From positions 160,001 through 224,000 of the forward strand of contig JBFWJS010000004.1 of assembly GCA_050253075.1 (NCBI GenBank): 64,000 nt of DNA, written 5' to 3'. A model generated the notes under the pieces. It was not told the origin of the DNA and did no database searches. It saw nothing but the letters and a program-made list of their open reading frames with translations. The position numbers were made by a program, and so were the translations under genes. The stretch is from Deferribacterales bacterium (GTDB lineage Bacteria > Chrysiogenota > Deferribacteres > Deferribacterales > Geovibrionaceae). Positions 19,917 through 29,502 of the stretch are shown one piece after another; the stretch's first letter is position 1, and every line of letters begins with the position of its first letter.

Positions 19917-21830
19917 TTATGATTTCAGCAGACCGCCCATCTTAGTTATATCTTTATCACTGCCCATCACGAGCAGTTCGTCACGCTCTATTATAGTAAA
20001 GTCGCACGGAGGATTGCTCATCACCTTTGCGCCTCTGGTGACAGACAGCACCGTCACGCCGTGCTTATAGCGCAGGTCGAGTGTACGGAGGTTTTTACCT
20101 GTTATCTTCGAGCCCACGGGCACGGTTATCCTGCGTACCTCCACGCCTGAGAGCGCATTGCCCATATCTTTCACGCCTGATTCCTCATAGCGCCCCATCA
20201 CCTCTGCCACCAGCTTATTGGCCGATTCTATCTCTTCGGAAATTACGGCATTTGCGCCCAGCTTTTTCAGCGGAGCCAGCTCCAGAGCATATCTGGTACG
20301 TGCCACGATGTGTATGTACGGGTGTTCCTTTCTGGCGGTTTCGACTATCTTTCTCACTGCCACAGGGTCGGGCACGGTTATGGCTATCGCACGGGCAGAG
20401 TCGAGGTGTGCGTGTTCCAGCACCTCTATGCTCGATGCGTCTCCGTACATTATATCTGTCCCTTTTGCGTGTTCGTTCTTCACCGTTTCGGGGTTCATCT
20501 CTATTGCGATGAACTTCACCCCTTCCTTACGGCAGGATGCCGCTAGCCTGCGCCCTGCGAGTCCGTAGCCCACTATCACTATATGATCTTCGAAAACAGT
20601 AGCGGGACGTGTCACTATGCTCTGTGTACCTTCACGGAGCTGTTCAGATACGGGGAGCTTTAAGACCAGCGCAGCCACCTTGTCTCCGTAGCGTATCATG
20701 AAGGGGGCGACAGCCATCGTAAGCACTATCACAGCCACTGCGAATTTATAATGGTCGTCTGTGAGCACACCTGCGTTCACGCCTGTTTTCGCCATGATGA
20801 ATGAGAATTCTCCCACCTGACCAAGGGCGAGACCAGTCACCACGGCGGTCTTCAGCGGATATTTCAATATCAGTATCGACAGAGCCGAGAGTACGGATTT
20901 ACCAAACAGTATCAAAAGGGCAGTGCATACGATCAGTGTCGGATACGCCGCATATATCTGAAAATCTATCAGCATGCCGATAGAAACAAAGAAGAATCCT
21001 GTGAAAATATCCTTGAAAGGGATAACGCTGGAAAGAGCCTGCTGACCATAGCCCGACTCGCTCACCATGATGCCCGCAAGGAATGCTCCGAGCGCAAGGG
21101 ACAGCCCCGCCTTGTATGTCAGCGATGCAGTGCCCAGCCCCGCCAGTACCACGACAAGGAGGAAGAGCTCACGGTTTTTCGAAGCGGCTACATAATACAA
21201 CACCTTCGGCACGAGGGTACGTGCGCCTATAAAAACTGCTGCAACTATCACAACAGCCTTCAGCCCGGTGAAGCCTAGCTCAGCATAAACATTGCCCCCC
21301 TGACCGGCCATAACAGGGATAGCGAGCATCATCGGAATAACTGCTATATCCTGAAATATCAGCACGGCCGTGGAGAGGCGTCCGTGGGGAGAGTCTGTCT
21401 CACCCCTGCCCGCCAGCACCTTCAGCACTATGGCAGTGGAAGAGAGCGAAACCATCATACCCGATATCACCGCAAGGGAGAGGTTGTTATCTGAAAGATA
21501 ATAGACCACCCCGCCTGTGACTATACCCGTGGCAAAGACCTGAAAGCCTCCGCCGAGCAGAGCGGGCTTCTTCAAAGCTAACAGATGCGAAAGTGAAAAT
21601 TCGAGCCCCACCGCAAAAAGGAGAAGGACAACGCCTATCTCCGCCATCATCTCTACCTCGTGCAGAGCGTGTATCACCGAGAGCCCGTTCGGCCCGAGTA
21701 GTACGCCTGTAATAAGGTAGCCAAGTATCTCAGGCACGTTCAGCCTGGAACATATAGCGAGAGAAACGGCAGCAGTAGCAAATATTACTGTAATATCAGC
21801 CAAAATAGGTATTTCCATATCCACATCCAT
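19917..21830 (-). CDS. Kef-type CPA2 K+/H+ antiporter with TrkA-N and TrkA-C domains
   Basis: AEIGVVLLLFAVGLE, SSTAIV, FQD, GEFSF, IVIVGYG, YGDAS. Confidence 0.9.
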   Translation of the reverse strand: MDVDMEIPILADITVIFATAAVSLAICSRLNVPEILGYLITGVLLGPNGLSVIHALHEVEMMAEIGVVLLLFAVGLEFSLSHLLALKKPALLGGGFQVFATGIVTGGVVYYLSDNNLSLAVISGMMVSLSSTAIVLKVLAGRGETDSPHGRLSTAVLIFQDIAVIPMMLAIPVMAGQGGNVYAELGFTGLKAVVIVAAVFIGARTLVPKVLYYVAASKNRELFLLVVVLAGLGTASLTYKAGLSLALGAFLAGIMVSESGYGQQALSSVIPFKDIFTGFFFVSIGMLIDFQIYAAYPTLIVCTALLILFGKSVLSALSILILKYPLKTAVVTGLALGQVGEFSFIMAKTGVNAGVLTDDHYKFAVAVIVLTMAVAPFMIRYGDKVAALVLKLPVSEQLREGTQSIVTRPATVFEDHIVIVGYGLAGRRLAASCRKEGVKFIAIEMNPETVKNEHAKGTDIMYGDASSIEVLEHAHLDSARAIAITVPDPVAVRKIVETARKEHPYIHIVARTRYALELAPLKKLGANAVISEEIESANKLVAEVMGRYEESGVKDMGNALSGVEVRRITVPVGSKITGKNLRTLDLRYKHGVTVLSVTRGAKVMSNPPCDFTIIERDELLVMGSDKDITKMGGLLKS

Positions 21831-21907
21831 CAGAATAATTTTTATTGATAGAATATCAGGCTTTTGATCTTATGTAAAATACTGTATATCTATCTATGAG
21901 GGAATTT

Positions 21908-22387
21908 ATGAAGATAAAGACCGGCATCGGATTCGACGCACACAGATTTAAGGCGGACAGAGATATGATCATCGGCGGGGTGAAGATCGACGCTCCTTAC
22001 GGGCTCGACGGACACAGCGATGCCGATGTGCTCATACACGCCGTAATAGACGCCCTTGCGGGGCCTTCCCTCGGCAGAGATATCGGAAATCTATTCCCCG
22101 ACACTGACGATAAATATAAGGGTATCGACTCAAAGATACTTTTGAAAGACGCCGTAAAGCTCATCCGAGAAGCCGGCTACGACATATCAAATATAGATGC
22201 GCAGATAATAGCCCAGAAACCGAAGATGGCGAAATACATCCCCGAAATGCGTAAAATCATGGCTGAGATAATAGGCATCGAATTCGACGACATCACTGTC
22301 AAAGCCACCACCACAGAAAAAATGGGCTTTACAGGCAGAGGCGAAGGTATCGCAGCTCTCGCAACTTGCACGCTAATCAAACCTTAA
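21908..22387 (+). CDS. ispF: 2-C-methyl-D-erythritol 2,4-cyclodiphosphate synthase
   Basis: GIGFDAH, GHSDADVLIHA, KATTTEKMGFTGRGEG. Confidence 0.97.
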   Translation: MKIKTGIGFDAHRFKADRDMIIGGVKIDAPYGLDGHSDADVLIHAVIDALAGPSLGRDIGNLFPDTDDKYKGIDSKILLKDAVKLIREAGYDISNIDAQIIAQKPKMAKYIPEMRKIMAEIIGIEFDDITVKATTTEKMGFTGRGEGIAALATCTLIKP

Positions 22388-22409
22388 CAGCACACAATAG
22401 TATTGTAAT

Positions 22410-22620
22410 GAGACTCCTACGCTGACATATGTCAGCTCAGAGTGACGCATAAACACACACAAGGTGCAAGGACGCACCTCACGCAGTGAAAGCGAGGCAG
22501 ATCACACATGGGTTTGTGTTCAGAAGCGAGTAGTTCTAGGCGGCTTTTAATATAAATTTTCTGAGCATACATAGAGTATGTGATGAAAATTTTATTAAAA
22601 ACAACGAAGAAATACGAAGG
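22410..22620. repeat. Composite intergenic cluster of hairpin repeats
   Basis: Half-copy of the GTCAT family (22410-22446), a hairpin module resembling the 126-bp spacer (22463-22521) and a long imperfect stem-loop (22526-22620). Confidence 0.5.
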
Positions 22621-22827
22621 TTATGCTAGGAGATCGATGTTAGAACCTGTGGGGTTCCCGGCCTGCGCCTTATTAACGTCTCCGCCCTCTAAAAGGCTGA
22701 GTACTGATCTCCCTGTCTGTTCCTGAACATCCAGAGCATTTTTCATAACCTTTACACTGGCTTCATACTGTGTTTTCTCAGCTTTCATTGCTGATATGTC
22801 GTTCACGAGTCCTGTCATAAGGTCCAT
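22621..22827 (-). CDS. YjfB-like putative motility protein
   Basis: 68 aa, ASVKVMKNALD...GSNIDL; AAGGAG RBS; sigma28-like promoter. Confidence 0.75.
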   Translation of the reverse strand: MDLMTGLVNDISAMKAEKTQYEASVKVMKNALDVQEQTGRSVLSLLEGGDVNKAQAGNPTGSNIDLLA

Positions 22828-22848
22828 AGTATATTCTCCTTAATCGTA

Positions 22849-22874
22849 TAATCGGCAGTCTGCCGAAAACTTTA
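22849..22874 (-). promoter_or_regulatory. Sigma28-like promoter
   Basis: TAAAGTTT-N10-GCCGATTA on minus strand (spacer one shorter than consensus). Confidence 0.6.
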
Positions 22875-23036
22875 AATAAAAAATAAAAAAAATGATTTAA
22901 TTTCACTAAACACTGTTTAATTTTATGAAAAAATAGTGTATGGTTGAAAACTTTCCCGATGAGATAATCAGCGAAAGTTAAAATTTGAACTACAAGTTAT
23001 AATGTTAACTGAAGATAAGTTTTTTTTGGAGGTTTT

Positions 23037-24155
23037 ATGAAAAAGTTACTCATGCTCATCATTATCACAGCTTTTGCCTGCAGCGCATACGCTGAGATCA
23101 GGCTCGGAGCTCTCTTTGCCGTTACAGGCGGAGCCAGCTTCCTCGGAGATCCTGAAAAAAGGACTCTTGAAATGCTGGTGGATGAAGCAAACGCCGCCGG
23201 AGGCATCAACGGAGAGAAGATAAAGCTCTTCCTCTATGATACTCAGGGACGTGAAGACAGAGCGATCAACTACCTGAACAGGCTCGCACAGAAAGATAAG
23301 GTACTCGCCATCATCGGACCTTCCACAACAGGCGAATCCCTCGCTGTAAAAGACCGTGCGGCATCTTTCAAAGTTCCGCTCATATCCTGCGCAGCATCTG
23401 CAAAGATCGTGACACCTGCCAACGTGTTCGTATATAAGACACCTCAGTCTGACGTACACATCGTGGAGCGTCTTTTCAGCTACCTCCAGTCACAGGGGAA
23501 AAAGACCGTGGCACTCATCTCCGTACAGAACGGTTTCGGCCAGACAGGACGTGACGCAGTGCTCGAAACAGCCCCTAAATACGGCATAGAGGTTGTCGCA
23601 GACGAAAAATACATGGACAAAGACAAGGACGTAACCGTTCAGCTTTCAAAAATAAAAGATACTAACGCAGACGCTGTACTCTGCTGGGCTGCGGGCGGTT
23701 CACCTGCCATCGTAGCCAGAAACGCAGCACAGCTCGGCATCACAAATATGTATATGTCACACGGTGTTGCATCACCTAAATTCATACAGCTCGCAGGGGA
23801 TGCGGCAAACGGCATAAAGCTCGCAGCAGGCCGTATCGTCGTAACCGATAAACTCGACGAAGGCGACAGATACAAAGCTCTCCTGACAAAATATACTCAG
23901 GACTATGAAAAAACAACGAGCAACCCTGTGTCTCAGTTCGGCGGGTATGCATACGACGGCTTCGAACTCTTCAAAGCCGCATACGCCACAGCAGGCAACG
24001 ACAGAGTTAAACTGGCGGAAGCACTGCAGGAGCTGAAAGGAATAGTATCCGTAACAGGCGAGTTCAACATGACAGAAGACGACCACAACGGTCTTTCAAA
24101 AGAAGCAGCGATCATGCTCGAGATCAAAGACGGACAGTTCCAGCCGCTTAAATAA
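23037..24155 (+). CDS. Branched-chain amino acid ABC transporter substrate-binding protein (LivK-like), copy 1
   Basis: Signal peptide, GGINGEKIKL..YDT, AIIGP, YAYD. Confidence 0.9.
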   Translation: MKKLLMLIIITAFACSAYAEIRLGALFAVTGGASFLGDPEKRTLEMLVDEANAAGGINGEKIKLFLYDTQGREDRAINYLNRLAQKDKVLAIIGPSTTGESLAVKDRAASFKVPLISCAASAKIVTPANVFVYKTPQSDVHIVERLFSYLQSQGKKTVALISVQNGFGQTGRDAVLETAPKYGIEVVADEKYMDKDKDVTVQLSKIKDTNADAVLCWAAGGSPAIVARNAAQLGITNMYMSHGVASPKFIQLAGDAANGIKLAAGRIVVTDKLDEGDRYKALLTKYTQDYEKTTSNPVSQFGGYAYDGFELFKAAYATAGNDRVKLAEALQELKGIVSVTGEFNMTEDDHNGLSKEAAIMLEIKDGQFQPLK

Positions 24156-24178
24156 GCATCAATTTGTTCACTATAGAT

Positions 24179-24207
24179 AAAAGCAGGCGCAAAAACGCCT
24201 GCTTTTT
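24179..24207 (+). terminator. Intrinsic terminator
   Basis: AAAAGCAGGCG-loop-CGCCTGCTTTTT. Confidence 0.8.
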
Positions 24208-24419
24208 CAATTTAACACTGTTTAGTCTGATTATACTTTCAGCCTTTAAATAAAATAATTCTCTCTCTGTGATACCTATTAATAGCTGATAAAATAGTTT
24301 ACACACAAAATTAATTGTATACTCTAATCAAAAAAGATATAGAATTTAACTTTTCAACACACACCTCTTGGTGTATAACTAATGCTAACCATATTAAGAT
24401 TCGTACTTATGGAGTTGTT

Positions 24420-25538
24420 ATGAAAAAGTTACTTCTTGTTGCGCTTATGCTGTGCTTTTCCCTTACAGCATTTGCTGAAATCAGACTTGGCGGGCTTTTC
24501 TCTGTTACCGGCCCTGCCAGCTTTCTGGGAAACCCTGAGAAACTTACAGCCGAGATGCTCGTAGACGAGATAAACGCCGCAGGCGGCATCAACGGCGAAA
24601 AGATCAAACTCTTCGTTTACGACACACAAGGACGCGAAGACAGAGCCATCTCTTACTTCAAAAGACTGGTGACAAAAGATAAGGTAATTGCTGTCCTCGG
24701 GCCTAGCCGTACAGGATGCGCACTCGCCATCAAAGACCTCGCAATCAAATTTAAAGTTCCTCTCATCGCATGCGCAGCCAGCGCAAAAATCGTCGAGCCT
24801 TCCACTCCTTATGTATATAAGACACCTCAGTCTGACATACACGTAGCAGAGAAGCTCTTCGACTATCTCAAAAGCCACGGCAAAACAAACGTAGCACTCA
24901 TCTCTGCTTCCAGCGGATACGGCGCTACAGGGCGTGATGCTGTCCTTGAGAACGCTGAGAGATTCGGCATAAATATCATAGCTGACGAAAAATTCATGGA
25001 CACAGATAAGGAAATGACTGCTCAGCTTTCAAAGATAAAATCTAAGAACCCTGATGCTATCATCTGCTGGGCTGCGGGCGCTGCCCCTGCCATCGTCGCC
25101 AGAAACGCTCAGGCGCTCGGCATCGACAATCTTTACATGACACAAGGCATCGCATCCAAAAAGTTCATAGAGCTCGCGGGAGACGCTGCTAACGGCGTGA
25201 AGCTCACAGCGGGCAGACTCATTGTGGCAGATAAACTTTCCGATGACGACAGATTCAAGCCTATGCTTATGAAATATAAAACAGACTACGAGACAAAATT
25301 CGGGACAGCAGTATCTGTCTTCGGCGGACACGCTTACGATGCTTTCGGTCTCTTCGCCGCTGCATATGCTAAATCCGGAAACGACTCTGAAAAGCTCGCT
25401 CAGGCTCTTCAGCAGGTGAAAGGATATATGGGAACAGCGGGTGAGTTCAACATGACAGAAGACGACCACACAGGTCTCTCAATGGACTCATTCATCATTG
25501 CCGAGATAAAGAATGGAGAATTTGTTCCTGCGGAATAA
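24420..25538 (+). CDS. Branched-chain amino acid ABC transporter substrate-binding protein (LivK-like), copy 2
   Basis: Colinear paralog of 23037-24155; GGAG RBS before ATG 24420. Confidence 0.9.
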   Translation: MKKLLLVALMLCFSLTAFAEIRLGGLFSVTGPASFLGNPEKLTAEMLVDEINAAGGINGEKIKLFVYDTQGREDRAISYFKRLVTKDKVIAVLGPSRTGCALAIKDLAIKFKVPLIACAASAKIVEPSTPYVYKTPQSDIHVAEKLFDYLKSHGKTNVALISASSGYGATGRDAVLENAERFGINIIADEKFMDTDKEMTAQLSKIKSKNPDAIICWAAGAAPAIVARNAQALGIDNLYMTQGIASKKFIELAGDAANGVKLTAGRLIVADKLSDDDRFKPMLMKYKTDYETKFGTAVSVFGGHAYDAFGLFAAAYAKSGNDSEKLAQALQQVKGYMGTAGEFNMTEDDHTGLSMDSFIIAEIKNGEFVPAE

Positions 25539-25546
25539 GTTTTTTG

Positions 25547-25575
25547 TTGACTGACTATAAAAGATAGGGTATAAA
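25547..25575 (+). promoter_or_regulatory. Sigma70 promoter of tRNA-Met
   Basis: TTGACT-N17-TATAAA. Confidence 0.7.
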
Positions 25576-25587
25576 ATCATCCCTGTC

Positions 25588-25661
25588 GGCGGTGTAGCTC
25601 AGGTGGTTAGAGCATGCGGCTCATATCCGCAGTGTCCGGGGTTCAAGTCCCTGCACCGCCA
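25588..25661 (+). tRNA. tRNA with CAT anticodon, most likely elongator Met; CCA not encoded
   Basis: GGCGGTG/CACCGCC acceptor stem, TGCGG-CTCATAT-CCGCA anticodon arm, GGTTCAAGTCC T arm; paired position 1 argues against initiator. Confidence 0.93.
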
Positions 25662-25672
25662 TATGATGAGAG

Positions 25673-25705
25673 AAAGGGGTTCAGATTTATCTGAGCCCCT
25701 TTTTT
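25673..25705. terminator. Bidirectional intrinsic terminator
   Basis: AAAGGGGTTCAGAT-TT-ATCTGAGCCCCTTTTTT between convergent genes. Confidence 0.8.
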
Positions 25706-25714
25706 ATTGTCTGA

Positions 25715-26797
25715 TTAATTATCTCTGACACATTTAGCCGACGGAACAGTCGTCGTAAATGCATTCAGCGCTGTAACATTGCCTTCCACAGGAAATGTTG
25801 AAAAGAAATACGTTACATTCTGCGCACTTGCACCAATGACGAATTCATTGTAAAACCAGTCATTATCAGTATCATTCCCTGAAACTGAAGTCGGCATAAG
25901 GATTGTATTTCCGCTGAAATCAACTGTCACAGCACCAGGTTCTGCCACAGAAGTATCCTGCACGGAAGAAGACCAATAGTTTTCCATACCATCATTCACA
26001 AAAACACCATACATTCCGGTATTTTCAGCATCGAGTATGCTTTTCAGCTCACGCACATTTGGAAGCCTCCAGTCTGAATAGCCACCCAGATCAAGATTTT
26101 CGCAATAGTTCACAGCATCTGCAAAGAGTATGTTTTCTGAGGCTGCATCGGCATTATCCTGCCACATAAGTCCTGTCTCGTCGGAATAAACTATTTCTGA
26201 TGATGATATGCGGGTATAAGAGATATCTACATCATTGCCTTTACGAACGCATCTCGCAGGCATTTCAGTTGTTTTAGCAGCAATTGTATCTGACAAACCT
26301 GCCATATTCATGAACTGAAACCTAGCTGTACCTGCACCTGTATAAACCCATGCTGTATTATCCACAGACTCTGTAGCCGTCCATGAAGATGAAAGGTTTT
26401 CAAACGCCCCTGCAAGAGAATGCAGGCCGTAATCTAGTGCAGACTCAAACTCGTCTATCTCAGGAAGACGCCAGTCGCTGTATCCTGCATAAACTAAATT
26501 GTCACAATATCCTACTGCTCCGACCCATGTGTATTTTACATTGCTGGTATTACTGCTGTCCTGCCACATGAAACCGTTCAGATCGTCTTTGACGACACCG
26601 TCGGCAGCGTCCCTTACAAACTGGCTGTCTTCGCCTTTCCGGTAGTAGCCGTCGTCATAGTTTATGTATGATGACGTAATACCTGTCTTAGTCAGTTTGA
26701 ATTCAGCATTCTTATAAACTGCGTCATCCTCGCCCCCGCATGCCGTGAGAAGGATCGAAAAAGAAATGCCCAATACACACATCAATAATTTCCTCAT
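25715..26797 (-). CDS. DUF1566/Lcl-like tandem-domain lipoprotein
   Basis: Lipobox LLTAC; two repeats of GxMWQ...YC.NL..GYSDWRLP...W...CVR. Confidence 0.85.
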   Translation of the reverse strand: MRKLLMCVLGISFSILLTACGGEDDAVYKNAEFKLTKTGITSSYINYDDGYYRKGEDSQFVRDAADGVVKDDLNGFMWQDSSNTSNVKYTWVGAVGYCDNLVYAGYSDWRLPEIDEFESALDYGLHSLAGAFENLSSSWTATESVDNTAWVYTGAGTARFQFMNMAGLSDTIAAKTTEMPARCVRKGNDVDISYTRISSSEIVYSDETGLMWQDNADAASENILFADAVNYCENLDLGGYSDWRLPNVRELKSILDAENTGMYGVFVNDGMENYWSSSVQDTSVAEPGAVTVDFSGNTILMPTSVSGNDTDNDWFYNEFVIGASAQNVTYFFSTFPVEGNVTALNAFTTTVPSAKCVRDN

Positions 26798-26910
26798 AAA
26801 CCTCTCCATATTCTGTTATTTACCTAATAATAAAAATAATTATTATATTACTTTCTATTCTAACAGACAAAAATAATTACACAAGGTTCATTAAGTGTGA
26901 ATTATCCCTA

Positions 26911-29502
26911 TTATGAAGAAATAATTACGAAGGAAGACCAGTAGTAAGGGTTGCTGTACCCTTTGAATTCTCTCTGAGTGTGTGATTTGGATTTGATAGC
27001 CCTGTCTTCCGAGGCACCGTCGGCAGACGCTGACTGAAGCAGTTTTTTCGCTTTATAAAGCGCATCGGACACATTCATGCCATTTGCTACATTTTTATAA
27101 AAAAGCTCCATAAGGCTCTTTGTCGCCATCGAGTCCACAGGCCATAACGAAGCGACAACAGTGTCTGCCCCCGCCAGTTTAAAAGCTCTGGCGATTCCTG
27201 TGACCCCCTCACCCCTGAAATACTGCCCGCTGCCCGTATTACAGGCCGACAGCACCACAAGACTGGAATCCAGCTTAAGAGAGGCTATCTCGGACGCAGT
27301 AAGGAGAGAATCCTCACCCTTTTCACCGGAAAGCACAAGAGCAGGCTCATCCATGTCTGGCAGTTCACCGCCGAGTATGCCGTGGGTGGCGAAGTGTATC
27401 ACGCTGTATTTCGAAAGAGGCATAGACTTTAAAAGGCTCTCAGAGGCATCCTTTCCCAGGAGGAAATCCGCACTGATCATGCCTGCGGCGACGGCTTTGA
27501 CCTCTTCTCTTGTCTCAGGCAGCGGAGCGAAATAGCCCGCAATGGCTGCGGAACGCTTAAGCGTCACCTGCACCCGAGATATCTCTTGCGGTTTAGTGTC
27601 ATACACAGGGTCTGCAACCCCGAGAAAAGTAAGGCGTGTGTCGCTATCTGCTTTCTTCAGCTTATCCAGTGTTACCATATAGTCCACCTTATAATCCTCA
27701 AAAAGCATCTTCCCGCCTATGGGGTATATATCCAGCGGGAGAATCGACAGCTCTCCGTCTATGACGGCGTGTATATTACCCTTTGATCTATACGATGCAA
27801 TGGGCTCTATTATCTCTGATGTCAGTTTTTTCAGCACATCCATGTCATAGACATTCTGATTTATAAGCTTATCCTTGAATACCTTAAGCGACTTGCCGAA
27901 TCCTTTCGGTTTACTGATAATGCTTATCCCTTTATCCGTATTTGTGATGCCCGCCGTGATTATCTTATCCTCTGCGTCTATCACCATGTATATAAGGTCA
28001 TCATCACCGAGGGATGCCTGTATAGCATGTATATCTGCCACAGTCTGCTGACCGCTCAGCTCTCTGAACTGTCTGGAGTTCATCATCTCCACAGCATTCA
28101 GGAAAGACTCAAAGCCCGCAGTATCTTTACGAACCATAAAAGCCATAGCACGGTTTTCGATCAGTCCTATATATGCATTCTTAGAATAACCTCTGAAAAA
28201 TCCTCGTCTGAGCTGTACAGGAAGGCTCTCACGCACTTTCTCATAATAATTTATCAGCTCGGTGTATGTGCCGTCTGCCAAGGCAAAATTCATCCTGCGT
28301 TTGGCCACTAGTGCTTTTGAAAGTATCTGCATCGGAAAGTCATCATCTATCTTATCTATATATGAATACTCTTTTGGGAGTTCACTATAGTACATTTGCA
28401 TTTCGTTGTATCTTTTTTCAGCTTTTTCAAGCTCTTTGGCTGATTCATCGTAATTTCCGAGTTCTGAGAGTATTTCAGCCCTGTAAACGCTTTCCAGATA
28501 TGCATAGCGCACAGAGATCCTTTGAACTACACTGGTCTCAGTCGACGTGGTTCCGCCTGCTCTATGTATCTCTTTGCTAGGTATATTATTAGCGTCCAGA
28601 ATCGAAAGACTGCCGCTGCCGTTGGACCTTACAGCCTTTTCAGCTTCAGAAAGAGCTCTCAGGGCGCGTTCTTTGTCACCGTTTACAGCAAAAAATCTGG
28701 CAAAATTATACATAACCTCATAATTAGTGTAGTAATGTTCATATGCTATATTTTTTTTGGAATAACTTATAAAGGACGTCTCTGAAGACATCACTCCGGC
28801 GAGCTGCATAAAAGGCATGTAATAATACTTATCATACGACCGGATAAGTATATCAAAAATTTTCTGTTTATCAGCAAGTAGCTTATGCGAATCACCCTCT
28901 ATGAGGGCAAGTCTGATAAGCGCTTTGCAGTATTCAGCATAAACTATTATCGAGTACGGGTCTGATTCCTCGATATCATCCGCATCAGTGATAAAAAAGT
29001 CATCAATTACAGCTTTCAGGCTGCTTATAAGTTCTTTTGCAGCTTCTGCCTGTCCCAATGTTAAGTAGATGTCGATGAGCCGGATAGAAGATTCGGCCTG
29101 TACATCAACCAGATATATTCTGGCCGAGTCATCAACCAGACTTCGAAGATAGGGGACGGATTTATATATCCGCCCCACTGAATTGTAATATGCGACCACC
29201 GCATCACACAGGTTTCTATAACCATACTGGGATGCTATCATAAATTGCTGTTTTGCCCCTTCTGCCTGCCAAAGTTCGCTCCCTCTGTCGAAAAGAGCCC
29301 TGATGCGCTCATCTTGAGCATCGCCGTCATTCATAGGGTTCAGCTTTGTGATGTCTATCACCACCTGATCAAAGCTGAGTGCCGTATCAGAATAGATTCC
29401 GGTACGTTTCTTAATGTCCAACTGATACTCAAAACCTGTTTCAGCATAAACATTTATGCCAAGAAACAAGCAGAAGGTAATGGCAAAAGCAATTTTACTC
29501 AT
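26911..29502 (-). CDS. Exported CHAT-domain (caspase-like) protein with helical/TPR-like N-terminus
   Basis: Signal peptide ...NVYA; LPETREEV, IHFATHG, LVVLSACNTG, ASLWPVD, NPYYWSSF. Confidence 0.88.
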   Translation of the reverse strand: MSKIAFAITFCLFLGINVYAETGFEYQLDIKKRTGIYSDTALSFDQVVIDITKLNPMNDGDAQDERIRALFDRGSELWQAEGAKQQFMIASQYGYRNLCDAVVAYYNSVGRIYKSVPYLRSLVDDSARIYLVDVQAESSIRLIDIYLTLGQAEAAKELISSLKAVIDDFFITDADDIEESDPYSIIVYAEYCKALIRLALIEGDSHKLLADKQKIFDILIRSYDKYYYMPFMQLAGVMSSETSFISYSKKNIAYEHYYTNYEVMYNFARFFAVNGDKERALRALSEAEKAVRSNGSGSLSILDANNIPSKEIHRAGGTTSTETSVVQRISVRYAYLESVYRAEILSELGNYDESAKELEKAEKRYNEMQMYYSELPKEYSYIDKIDDDFPMQILSKALVAKRRMNFALADGTYTELINYYEKVRESLPVQLRRGFFRGYSKNAYIGLIENRAMAFMVRKDTAGFESFLNAVEMMNSRQFRELSGQQTVADIHAIQASLGDDDLIYMVIDAEDKIITAGITNTDKGISIISKPKGFGKSLKVFKDKLINQNVYDMDVLKKLTSEIIEPIASYRSKGNIHAVIDGELSILPLDIYPIGGKMLFEDYKVDYMVTLDKLKKADSDTRLTFLGVADPVYDTKPQEISRVQVTLKRSAAIAGYFAPLPETREEVKAVAAGMISADFLLGKDASESLLKSMPLSKYSVIHFATHGILGGELPDMDEPALVLSGEKGEDSLLTASEIASLKLDSSLVVLSACNTGSGQYFRGEGVTGIARAFKLAGADTVVASLWPVDSMATKSLMELFYKNVANGMNVSDALYKAKKLLQSASADGASEDRAIKSKSHTQREFKGYSNPYYWSSFVIISS

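Noticed and set aside
25715..26797. Diversity-generating retroelement target
   Set aside because: The fold type is compatible, but I saw no template repeat or reverse transcriptase in the window.
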